A DNA stretch of 64,000 bases from an uncultured Gemmatimonadaceae bacterium (GTDB lineage: Bacteria > Gemmatimonadota > Gemmatimonadetes > Gemmatimonadales > Gemmatimonadaceae). Below, piece by piece: positions 33,984 to 44,156 of this stretch (within the stretch, counting starts at the first letter, position 1; each line of letters opens with the position of its first letter). The notes under the pieces are model-generated. The model searched no databases, was not told the origin of the DNA, and saw nothing but the letters and a program-made list of their open reading frames with translations. Location of the stretch: NCBI GenBank assembly GCA_963790305.1, contig CAWBOC010000013.1, positions 160,001-224,000 on the forward strand, in the 5' to 3' direction. The position numbers and the translations under genes are program-made.

Positions 33984-35737
33984 CCGAGCGCCGCGCTGAC
34001 CCGGCTCGGTCGCCGTACGAGCCCGAGGCGAATCCTCTCGCGGACGTGCGCGATCGCCCCGCCGAGGCGCCTGCGACGGCCGCGAAATCCTCCCGACGGT
34101 CTTCGCCTCGCGCGCTCTTGTGGTGGTGTCGCGGGATCGCTCTCGGGCTGGGCCTTCTTCAGGCGTGGGCGTTCCGCTACGAGGCGACTCCCGATGGCGT
34201 TTCGTATCTTGACGTGGCCGATGCCTATCGCGAGGGCCGATGGGGCGATGCGCCTAACGGATACTGGAGCCCGCTCTACTCGTGGCTGTTGGCGATCGCG
34301 GGAGCCGTACTCCGCCTGCCCCCGTCCGCTGACTTCGTGCTCGCGCACGTCGTGAATCTGGGCGCGTACGCGGCGAGCATGTGTGCGTTCGAATACTTCC
34401 TCCAGGGCGTTGCGCCGTTTTCCGTCGATCGACGGGGAGACAACGACCGCCAGCGCGACTGGTGGATCTTGGGCTACGCCCTGTTTCTGTGGGCCACCCT
34501 TGCGTTGATCGGCGTCGGGGTGACCACCCCTGACTTGCTGCTGGCGGGGGCGGCGTTCGCTGTCGCCGGGCTGTTAATGAGGGTTTGCCTCCCTGGCCGG
34601 CATTCGGTTCGGGGGGCCCTGTTGGGACTGACGGCAGCTGCAGGGTGTCTCGCCAAGGCGGCGTTTCTACCGATTTCGGTTGTCGTCTTCCTGGTGGCGG
34701 GAGTCCTCTGGTGGCGAACGAAGCGAACGATTCTGCCACTCGTAGTGGCGTTGGCTAGCTTCGCCGTCCTGTCGCTGCCGTATGCGGCGGCCCTCTCGCG
34801 GGCGAAAGGAAGACTCACGTTTTCCGAGTCAGGGCCGCTCGCGTACGCGTGGATAGTCAACGGAATTCCCGGGCAGGTTCACTGGCAGGGCGGGCCACCG
34901 GGCGCCGGACGTCCCACGCACCCCACGCGCAGGATCTCCGCCGCGCCGGCCGCATACGAATTCGGGACACCGCTTCGTGCGACGTATCCTCCGTGGTATG
35001 ACCCCACCTACTGGTATGATGGAGTCCGCCCGCGCTGGGACCCTGGCACCCAGGCGCGCATTGCGTATCACTACCTGCCGTTTCTTGGGGAGCTGTTCAC
35101 TCCGTTGATACTTGTTGTCGTGGCAACGCTGGTCGGCGCTCGGCGAGGGCCCGGAACGCTGTTGAGTGTCCTGGGACGCGGCTGGTCGATCACTCTGCCG
35201 GGCCTAACGGCTATAGCGATGTACGCGACGCTGTTCCTCGAAGCCCGATACATCGCCCCGTTTGTCGTAATGGTCTGGCTCGGAGTGCTGATCGGCCTAG
35301 ACGCGGTCATGCCCAGCGCGTGGCGACGAGGTCTGTTTGCCGCTGCCGCGGGCATTCTCGTGTTGGGGACTCTTCCCAATCTCACCCCGAAGCTGCGCGC
35401 ACTGCTTCCGACTTACGACAACCGTCATTGGGATGACGCCACTTTTGTGCTCGCGGGCGGCCTGCGTCCCGGTGACCGCATTGCCATCGTCGGGAACGGC
35501 GTCTTTGCTTATTGGGCGAGACTCGCGCGGCTCAAGATCGTTGCCGAGGTTCCCTCGGACGCGAGCGACCATTTTTGGAGAACCGACAGCGGGTCGCGTT
35601 CCGCGCTACTAACGGAGTTTCGGCGGGCGGGAGCTTCAGCGGTCGTGGCGGACAATGCTCCGTCTCCTGCGCTGCCGGGATGGCGTATCGGCCGGGATGG
35701 GCGCCTCGCCGTTCTACAATTGACCGGCGACGAGTGA
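33980..35737 (+). CDS. Polytopic membrane protein, possibly a GT-C-type transferase
   Basis: About 10 hydrophobic segments, an early loop PDGVSYLD..NGYWSPLYSW, and TPDLL. Confidence 0.6.
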   Translation: MTERRADPARSPYEPEANPLADVRDRPAEAPATAAKSSRRSSPRALLWWCRGIALGLGLLQAWAFRYEATPDGVSYLDVADAYREGRWGDAPNGYWSPLYSWLLAIAGAVLRLPPSADFVLAHVVNLGAYAASMCAFEYFLQGVAPFSVDRRGDNDRQRDWWILGYALFLWATLALIGVGVTTPDLLLAGAAFAVAGLLMRVCLPGRHSVRGALLGLTAAAGCLAKAAFLPISVVVFLVAGVLWWRTKRTILPLVVALASFAVLSLPYAAALSRAKGRLTFSESGPLAYAWIVNGIPGQVHWQGGPPGAGRPTHPTRRISAAPAAYEFGTPLRATYPPWYDPTYWYDGVRPRWDPGTQARIAYHYLPFLGELFTPLILVVVATLVGARRGPGTLLSVLGRGWSITLPGLTAIAMYATLFLEARYIAPFVVMVWLGVLIGLDAVMPSAWRRGLFAAAAGILVLGTLPNLTPKLRALLPTYDNRHWDDATFVLAGGLRPGDRIAIVGNGVFAYWARLARLKIVAEVPSDASDHFWRTDSGSRSALLTEFRRAGASAVVADNAPSPALPGWRIGRDGRLAVLQLTGDE

Positions 35738-35744
35738 GATTGCG

Positions 35745-37552
35745 TCACGGCACCGACGCGAACTGCAACCGCTCCTCCCACTCCGCGCGCAGCATCGTCA
35801 GAGCCCCATCGGGACATCCGTCGACACAGATCCCACATCGATTGCAGAGCTCCGACTCGACGACCGGTCGCCCCTCGACAAGCGTGATGGCGCCCGTTGG
35901 GCAGCTCTCGGCGCAGCCTTGGCACCCGGTGCATTGACCGGTGATCGCGGGAATCCGCGCGCAATCGAAGCAGCGGGCGGCCTCTTCTCCCGCGCGCGTC
36001 GCCGCTCGCGGCGTGACCGGACCAAACGGGTCTGAGGGGGGGGCGTCCAGCAACGGGAGTGCCCGTCGGCGGTCTGCGGCACCGCGATCAGGCGCAGGTC
36101 GCCCGTTTGCTTCCACCCACGCCGACGCGAAGACGATTGAAGTACGGGTGCCCGTGAGCGACGCGTGAATCTCCCCCGCCGCGCGCTTTCCGTCGGCCAC
36201 CGCGTGCGCGATGGACCGATGGCCGAAGGCACACGCGCCGCCGGCCCACACGTTAGGCATCGATGTTCGCAGCGTGTGCGGGTCAGTCGCAATGAAGCCG
36301 GAGCGCGTGAGGTCGAGCTCTCTCGCGAAGGGCGCGGCGTCGGGAACGCGCGACGACGCCAGCACGAGGCGGTCGCACGGAAGGACGCGCGCCGAGGTGC
36401 CGTCAGGCGCAGCGATGTCGACCGACGTCAGGAGTCCGGACTCGGGATCGACGTGGACTCGGCGGATGCGCCACTCGTGGTGGACGCGGATGCCTTCGCG
36501 GGCGCACGACGCGAGAAGCTCCGGCGTGACCGCTGGGGTGGTCGAGAGGGGAGGTGAGAACGAGCTGCTACGGACGACAGGGTCCGCGGATCGGTGGCGG
36601 CGGCGCGCCTGACGAGCGCCCGCGCCGCATCGACCGCGAGGGGTCCGTCACCCGCGACGATCGTCTGCCCGACCGGTGCGATGTCATTGCGCAGGACGTC
36701 CATGGCGTCGAAGATGTCCGGGTGATGCTGCGTGGACTCGAGCAGTGGCGTCCGCCGCCCGTGCAGCGCCGATCGCGAGGAAGACCGCGTCGCTCCGTCG
36801 TCGAGGAGTGCGCGCAAGCCAGCCACGGCTGCACCCCCTCGAAACTCGACTCCGAGTGCGAGGATAGCGGCGCACTCCGCTGCGGGCGCTCGCGACTGGG
36901 AATCGAAACGAGGGGATCCCGCCGCGTCATCAGGCCCCCCGGCTCGCCGCGCGCGTCGAGACACGATCGCGCGGTGTCCCAGGAGCGGCGAGATCGTGCG
37001 CGCAGGCGAGCCCGGCGGCGCCGGCGCCGACGATCGCGATCATCTTGCCCGACCGCGCTCGCCGCGACGGCGGCTTGCGGTCGACCGTCCGACGGCTCCA
37101 GCGACGGAACGCGCCTCGAACCGCGAGGTGCAGGGCCCGTCGGGCGCGACGAGGTCGGGCATGGCGAACGCCGCGGCGTGCTCCTCGAGCGCGGCGATCG
37201 CCACCGGCGCGCCAAAGGGCCGCCGTCGGCACGCCGACTCACAGGGCGCGAAGCAGCCGTTGCCGCACGTCGATGGGAGAGGGATGCGCCGCCCGAACGA
37301 CGCGGAACGCTGGCTCGTGGTCGCCTCCCGCGAGCGCGCGCGCCAGGGCGGGAATATCGACGCCCAAGCGGGCAGCCCTGCGCGGCATGCCGGCACGGGA
37401 CGAGCGCACCGCACGCGGCCGCGACGGAGCTGGCGGGTACCCGGTGCGCGTCCGACTCGGATGCGTCGCCGCCACATCCGCCGCGCTTGCCGGGCCGGTA
37501 CGGTGGGGCTGTAGGCCGCGGTCAGGTCGGAGGTCGCGCGCTCGGTGCTCAT
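35745..37552 (-). CDS. FAD-dependent oxidoreductase with 4Fe-4S clusters, GltD-like (heavily frameshifted)
   Basis: PSTCGNGCFAPCESACRR, IAIVGAGAAGLACAHDL, RTSMPNVWAGG, EAARCFDC and two CxxCxxCxxxCP motifs. Confidence 0.75.
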
Positions 37553-37869
37553 CGGCTGCTTGATGGGGATGGCGCCGCGGGTTAGGTTGCGGAAGTGCGG
37601 GAACGACAAGCACGTACGGCCATCGTGCCGGCTGGCAGGCGTGAGCGTTTTTGTGCGGTCGCTCGGCCGGCGTTGGAACGCCGGGACCTGGCACGTGATT
37701 TGACTCACGCCAGGCGTGAAGTCTCGTGGCCGCGGCCATTTGGGCGCGCCCGACGCCCGGCGTTGGTTGACGGGTGACACCCCTGGAAGGTTACTGTCGG
37801 ATCGCGGTGCGATCCGTGACGATTGAACGAGAGATTTCGCTGCTTCGGTTTGCGCCTCGGTGCAGATCG

Positions 37870-37882
37870 CGCGGTAGCTTTG
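37870..37882 (+). promoter_or_regulatory. ops-like element (or -10 hexamer) upstream of the RfaH-like gene
   Basis: CGCGGTAGCTTTG resembles the ops consensus GGCGGTAGnnTG, but it also contains TAGCTT. Confidence 0.35.
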
Positions 37883-37925
37883 TGTCTCGCGGGCGCTCGT
37901 CGCGATGCACCCTCGGAGAACGCAC

Positions 37926-38342
37926 TTGGATCACGTCGATCGCGATCTGTGCTGGCTACTGCTGTACACGAAGGCGCGCGCGGAAAGCTGGGCCGACATC
38001 AACCTGCGGAAGCAGGGGTTTGCGACGCTGCTGCCGCGGGTGCGGCAGCGCGACGGATTCGGCCCGCTGTTTCCGCGGTACGTCTTCGTTGGCGCGCCCG
38101 CAGGAACGGATTTTCGGCCGGCCCGCAGCACGCGCGGGGTGCTCTACGTCGTCCACTGCGGGGAGAAGCCGGCTCGCGTCCCGCTCGAGGTCATCGACGG
38201 CATTCGCGCGCGCATGGATGCGCACGGGCGTCGTGGAGCTCGAGGGCACGCCGTCGTCGATCCGCTCTTCGCCCGTCGTGAGCGCGAGCGGGTGCGGGCG
38301 CTCGTCAAGTTCGCGCAGGCGGGGTTCCGCGTCGTCGCGTAG
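37926..38342 (+). CDS. RfaH/NusG-paralog antiterminator, NGN domain only
   Basis: WLLLYTKARAE..NLRKQGF..LP, PLFPRYVFV, RSTRGV..VV..G.KPARVP. GGAG RBS and a TTG start. Confidence 0.82.
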   Translation: MDHVDRDLCWLLLYTKARAESWADINLRKQGFATLLPRVRQRDGFGPLFPRYVFVGAPAGTDFRPARSTRGVLYVVHCGEKPARVPLEVIDGIRARMDAHGRRGARGHAVVDPLFARRERERVRALVKFAQAGFRVVA

Positions 38343-38388
38343 TTAGGCAGTTCGGCGTTCACTTCTTTCGGTCTCTCAGAGTCCATTC

Positions 38389-39743
38389 ATGAGCATTTAC
38401 GGTGCGCTGCAGGAGAAGATCGCGCGACGCGAGGTCGTCTGCGGCGTGGTGGGAATGGGGTACGTGGGGTTGCCGCTCGCCGTGGAGATGGCGAAGAGCG
38501 GGTTGCGCGTGATCGGCTTCGAGAAGTCGCAGCACGTCGTCGATGTCGTGCGTGGCGGGCGAGAGCCACATCAAGGACGTGGCGGCCGCCGACGTCGCCG
38601 AGCTGCGTCGCCGGAAGCTGCTCGACGTGACGCTCGACATGGAGCGCCTCGCGGAGTGCGACGTCGTCTCGATCTGCGTGCCGACGCCGCTTGGGCAAGA
38701 CGAAGGATCCCGACATGTCGTACATCGTGTCGGCGACGGAGGCGGTGGCGGCGGCGCTGCGCCCGGGGCAGCTGATCGTCCTCGAGTCGACGACCTATCC
38801 AGGGACGACGCGCGAGATCATGCTGCCGCGCCTCGAGGAGAGCGGGCTGCATGTCGGTGAGGATTTCTTCCTCTGTTTCTCGCCCGAGCGCGTGGATCCA
38901 GGCAACGAGCGCTGGCACACGAAGAACACGCCGAAGGTCCTCGGCGGCATCACCGAGCAGTGCACCGAGCTCGGGATCGCGCGTCTACGAGATCTTCATC
39001 GAGCGCATGGTGCGCGTCTCGTCGCCGGAGGCGGCGGAGCTCACGAAGCTGCTCGAGAACACGTTCCGCATGATCAACATCGGGCTGGCGAACGAGATGG
39101 CGCAGATCTGCGACAAGCTGGGCGTGAACGTGTGGGAAGTGATCGATGCCGCGGCCACGAAGCCGTTCGGCTTCATGAAGTTCACGCCCGGTCCCGGGCT
39201 CGGCGGCCACTGCATCCCGCTCGATCCGCACTACCTCGCGTGGAAGATGCGCACGCTCGCCTACAAGACGCGGATGATCGAGCTCGCGGGGGAGATCAAC
39301 ACCGAGATGCCGGCGTTCTGGGTGACGAAGGTGCAGGATGCGCTGAACACGGTCGGCAAGCCGCTGCACGGGTCGCGCGTGCTCGTGCTCGGCGTCGCTT
39401 ACAAGAAGGACATCGACGATCTGCGCGAGTCCCCGGCGCTCGAGATCCTCGACCAGCTCAACCGGAAGGGCGCGGTCGTCTCGTACCACGATCCGTATCT
39501 GCCCGGAGATTCGGGAGGACGGCCATACGCCGTTAGGCGCGATCGGGCGATCGGTCGAGCTGACCGATGAGCGAGTGCGCGAGGCGGACGTCGTTTTGAT
39601 CGTCACCGATCACTCGAATGTGGACTACGAGCGAGTGTGCGGACATGGCGCGCATCGTCGTCGATACGCGTAACGCGTGCGCGAGCGCGCGCGCGAAGGC
39701 GAAGCGCGCTCGCTTCAGCACGTCGGAGCCGGTGACCGTCTGA
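38389..39743 (+). CDS. Nucleotide-sugar 6-dehydrogenase, WbpA/WecC-like (frameshifted)
   Basis: GMGYVGLPLA, ICVPTP, LESTTYPGTT, KLLENTFR, GLGGHCIP, GVAYKKDIDDLRESP. Confidence 0.9.
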
Positions 39744-39760
39744 GCGCTTCCCGCTGGGTG

Positions 39761-40672
39761 GTGACCACGACTCATCAAGCCGGACGTCCGCCCTCTTCGG
39801 GGCCGGTGGCGCAACGAGATATCCCCGGACGGCCCTCCGTCACCCCTGGGCTTCCGACCGTCGTTATCGATGGCTCGGGACAGTGGACCCAATGGGTCGC
39901 TGATGTCCGCCAGTATCGCGGAGCCCTTTACAGCCTCGCGTGGCGGAATGTCCGGTCGCGATACAAGCAGGCCGCTCCTGGGAATGTCGTGGGCGCTCAT
40001 CCAGCCGGCGGTACAGGTCGGTGTGTTCACCGTGCTGTTCGGAATCATTGCGCGCATCCCCTCCGGCGACGTGCCATATCCGTTGTTCGCGCTGTGCGGC
40101 GCTGCTGCCGTGGAACCTGTTCGCCGAGATCGTGTCGGATGGGTCGCAATCGCTGCGTGGCCAACCAGGCGCTCATCACCAAGCTGTTCTTTCCTCGGAT
40201 CTATCTCGTGCTTGCCGCGGGAGCTTCGGCGTTCGTTGACGCGTGGCGTGACCGCTCTCATGCTGATGCCCTTATGATCGTGTACGGAGTGTCGCCGGGA
40301 GTCGACGCGTTGGCCTGCGCATTCCCGCGTTCATCGGCCTGACGCTCTCTTGCCTTTGGGTTCGCCGCGCTCCTCGCGGCGGTCAATGCGCGCTGGCGGG
40401 ACGTGCAGCACACCGTTCCCTTCCTGCTGCAAGATCGGACTCTTCGTGACGCCCGTGCTGTACCCGGCCTCATCGTTCCGGAGCGACTGGCGGTGGCTCG
40501 CGGCCCTGAATCCCGCTGACGGGATGGATCGGATTGTTTCGGTCGAGCGCACTTGGACTGCCGCTTCCGCCGTCGACCGTGCTGATTCAGTCGATGTCCA
40601 TCAGTCTCGCGGTCACAGTGCTGGGCTTCTGGTACTTCGCGCGGGCCGAGCGACGTCGTCGACGTCGTATGA
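39761..40672 (+). CDS. wzm: Polysaccharide ABC transporter permease (frameshifted)
   Basis: RNVRSRYKQ..LGMSWALIQP, NQALITKLFFPR, RDVQH..PF, TPVLYP, LNP. Confidence 0.8.
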
Positions 40673-41894
40673 GCGCGCATCGCGGTACGAGCAGAACGTC
40701 TGAGCAAGCGCTATCGAATTCCGAGCCCGCATGCGCCAAGGTGGAGCACGTATCTTCGCAACCCGCGCCTCGCCCGTCTGACGAGCCGCACCGTCGCCGT
40801 CGACGCCCTGCGCGATGTTTCGTTCGACGTGCCGGAGGGCGAGGTGTTCGGCATCATCGGGCGCAACGGGGCGGGGAAGAGCACGCTGCTCAAGATCCTG
40901 TCGCGCATAACGAGCGCCGAGCGGAGGTCGCGCCACATGCGAGGGCACGTCGCCAGTCTCCTCGAGGTCGGTACGGGATTTCACCCGGATCTCACTGGGC
41001 GCGAGAACGTGTTTCTCAACGGCATGCTGCTCGGCATGTCGACGGCGCGAGGTCGACGCGGCATTCGACGAGATCGTCGACTTCGCGGGCGTCGGACCTA
41101 CATCGATATGCCGATCAAGCGGTACTCGAGCGGCATGCAGCTGCGCCTCGCGTTCGCGGTGGCGGCCCACCTGGCCGCGGACACGATGATCATCGACGAG
41201 GTCCTTGCGGTCGGCGATGCGGAGTTCCAGGAGAAATGCGCCCGGCACAATGCGAGCGTCCACCGAACGCGGCCGGACGACGCTGTTCGTGAGCCACAAC
41301 CTGGCGTTGGTCGAGAATCTCTGCACGCGCGCCATGCTGCTGCAGCGTGGCGAGGTCACCGGTATCGGGCCGTCCGAAGCGGTCGTTCGGCAGTACCTTC
41401 GGACCGCGGTCGATACGAGCGCCTCGTGTATCGACTACGACGGTGGCGTTCCGCCTGCGACCCAGGCGTGCGCGATTCGCAGGGCGTACATTCGCGGTCC
41501 CGATGGCGCCACGCCCATCCAGGGTGAGGAAGCAGTGCTCATCGTCGACATTACGGTGAACCAACCCGTGCGTCACCTCGAGCTCTGGTTAGGCCTCTCG
41601 ACGGCCGAGGGGGAGCGGGTCACCGCGCTCAACAACACTGATTATCGGCATGAATGGACGCTCGGTCCCGGATCCTATCGTGCGGAGATTCGCCTACCCG
41701 ACCTGCGCCTCCTCCCGCGTCGATACGCGCTGACACTGCGGCTGCAGCGACGGGAAGGCGAGGTGCATGATGAGGCGGTCGATGGCGTCGTGTTCGCGGT
41801 GCTCGAACGCAATGTCCTGGGGACGGGCGTACCGCTCCTCGGAGATCGCGGCGTCACTTGGCTTCCTGCGATCATACGGATCCAGCCGAACTAG
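40669..41894 (+). CDS. wzt: Polysaccharide ABC transporter ATPase with C-terminal carbohydrate-binding domain (frameshifted)
   Basis: GRNGAGKSTLLK, GFHPDLTGREN, YSSGMQLRLAFAV, DEVLAVGD, VSHNL, plus a beta-rich C-terminal extension. Confidence 0.88.
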
Positions 41895-41925
41895 ATCGCC
41901 ACTGATCACGAGGAAATCGAGAAAC

Positions 41926-42888
41926 ATGGCTGTGCGTAATCTGATCACGGGAGGCGCCGGATTCATCGGTAGCCACCTCGCGGAGCATCTCCTCGCCAAC
42001 GGCGAGCAGGTAATCGTCTGGGACAATCTCTCCACCGGTCGCATGCAGAATCTGCGGCGTTGCCTGGGTTGCGCCGGATTTCAGTACATCATCGGTGATT
42101 TCACGGAGGACCCGCAATTCGAACGCGTGGTTTCGAGGGTGGATGTCGTCTACCACCTGGCGGCGGCGGTGGGGGTTCAGCTGATCGTCAACGATCCGGT
42201 CCGAACGATCGAGACGAACATCGTGGGCAGCGAGGTCGCGCTGCGTGCGGCGGCGAAATTTGGCCGAAGGATCTTTCTCGCCTCGACGAGTGAGGTGTAT
42301 GGAAAGGGCGTCCGGGTGCCGTTTAGCGAAGATGACGATGTTGTCTACGGGCCGACAACGAAGCGCCGCTGGAACTACGCCATCTCGAAGGCCGTCGATG
42401 AGTTCCTGCTCCTGGCGTATCACGAATCCCACGCGCTCCCGGGCGTGGTTGCTCGACTGTTCAACACGGTCGGTCCTCGACAGGTCCCGTTCTACGGAAT
42501 GGTGATTCCGCGGTTCATCGAACAGGCGACGAGCGGCGCTGATATGACGGTGTATGGAGATGGGTCGCAGAGTCGTTGCTTCGGCCACGTCCTCGATGTC
42601 GTTCCCGCCATTCATAAACTTACGCACAGTGACGCCGCGCTTGGCCAAGTCGTGAACATCGGCTCGGATCAAGAAGTTACAATCGTCCAACTTGCTGAAC
42701 GGGTGCGCGCTCGCGTCGGGTCATCGTCGGAAATACGGTTTGTGCCGTACGACGTCGCGTATCGTCCGGGGTTCGAGGATATGCAACGACGCGTGCCGGA
42801 TCTGTCGAAGGCGCGCCGGCTGATCGGGTACGAGCCCACGCGCTCCCTCGACAATGTCATCGACGACATTCTCGCCGATGAAGGCTGA
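41926..42888 (+). CDS. NAD-dependent epimerase/dehydratase
   Basis: ITGGAGFIGSHL, ASTSEVYGK, YAISK, RLFNTVGPRQ. Confidence 0.9.
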   Translation: MAVRNLITGGAGFIGSHLAEHLLANGEQVIVWDNLSTGRMQNLRRCLGCAGFQYIIGDFTEDPQFERVVSRVDVVYHLAAAVGVQLIVNDPVRTIETNIVGSEVALRAAAKFGRRIFLASTSEVYGKGVRVPFSEDDDVVYGPTTKRRWNYAISKAVDEFLLLAYHESHALPGVVARLFNTVGPRQVPFYGMVIPRFIEQATSGADMTVYGDGSQSRCFGHVLDVVPAIHKLTHSDAALGQVVNIGSDQEVTIVQLAERVRARVGSSSEIRFVPYDVAYRPGFEDMQRRVPDLSKARRLIGYEPTRSLDNVIDDILADEG

Positions 42889-44155
42889 TCAGCTACACGT
42901 CCTTGCGGTCTCGCATGCGTATCCAAGGCGCAGGAACTCGAGCCACGGCGTCTTCATCCATCGGCTTCATGTGGCGATGCGCGAGCTTGGAGCTCGGGTG
43001 GATGTCTTGCAGCCGGCGGAATGGGCTCCGCCACGACCGCTTGGCATTCTCTTCGAACCCTGGCGCATGGCGCGCTCCGAGCGCGACGACATGCTCGACG
43101 AGCTCGACGGCATAACGATTCACCATCCGCCGGTCGTCATCCCCAGGCCAAGCCGATTGTTCCCGGGGGACCCGTGGGATCGCTCTTCGCGGGCCCTCGT
43201 TCGGTATTGCGCGCGCCGTCAGCACCTTGCGCGCGCGGACGTAGTGCTCGGCCATTTCATGGTTCCGGATGGGGTGCATGCGCTTCAACTAGGCCGCGCG
43301 CTCGGTATTCCCGTTGCGGGACTGGCGTGGGGCAATGATCTGCACGCGTGGCCGCAACGCTCGGAGGACTGGCGTGATCATCTCGTGAGCGTACTCAAAG
43401 GAGTGGATCTTCCCCTGGCGTGCTCACAGCGGATGGCGGCGGACGGCAATGAGTGGCTCGACGCTCCTAGAGATGACTGGCAAGTCATCTATGGGGGCGT
43501 AGAGCTCAGACGATTCGCGCCACCTGCGAACCGGGTAGAATCCCGTGCTGCCGTATTCGGGGCGTACGATGCGTTGCGCGATCCTGACGCGCGCATCCTG
43601 CTCATGGTTGGGCAACCAGTGCGTGAGAAGGGATATGTCGAGCTTCTCGATGTCTGGGAGTGGATCCAGCCACGAAGCCCGAGTTGGCATCTCGTCATGC
43701 TCGGGGGGCGCGGTGATTTGGACGTACCCTCGATGATCGCCACGCGGGCGCTCAACGGGGCCCACTGGATCGGGCTTCAGCCCGTGGACCGAATGCCGGA
43801 CTTGATGCGCGCCGCTGATGCATTCGTGCTCCCGAGCCATAACGAGGGTCTGTCGCTCTCCGTGCTCGAAGCATTGGCGACCGGCCTTCCCACGATCGCC
43901 ACTGACGTGGGAGGACACGCGGAGGTCATTCGTTCTCCCGACGAAGGATGGCTGATTCCACCACGGGACGTCTCGGCATTGCGGGATGCGCTGCACGAGC
44001 TCACGACGCAACCGGATGAGCGCGCGAGACGCGGCGCAGGCGGTCGTCGCGCGGCCCAGAGGATTGGAACGCCGAGCGACAACGCCGGGCGGCTCCTGTC
44101 GATTCTCAGCGAGCTCAGCGCCGGGCGATCACGCCCCGCATTGGCGGTCATATAA
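42878..44155 (+). CDS. GT4 glycosyltransferase
   Basis: REKGYVELL, ADAFVLPSHNEGLSLSVLEALATGLP. Confidence 0.9.
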   Translation: MKADQLHVLAVSHAYPRRRNSSHGVFIHRLHVAMRELGARVDVLQPAEWAPPRPLGILFEPWRMARSERDDMLDELDGITIHHPPVVIPRPSRLFPGDPWDRSSRALVRYCARRQHLARADVVLGHFMVPDGVHALQLGRALGIPVAGLAWGNDLHAWPQRSEDWRDHLVSVLKGVDLPLACSQRMAADGNEWLDAPRDDWQVIYGGVELRRFAPPANRVESRAAVFGAYDALRDPDARILLMVGQPVREKGYVELLDVWEWIQPRSPSWHLVMLGGRGDLDVPSMIATRALNGAHWIGLQPVDRMPDLMRAADAFVLPSHNEGLSLSVLEALATGLPTIATDVGGHAEVIRSPDEGWLIPPRDVSALRDALHELTTQPDERARRGAGGRRAAQRIGTPSDNAGRLLSILSELSAGRSRPALAVI

Positions 44156-44156
44156 G

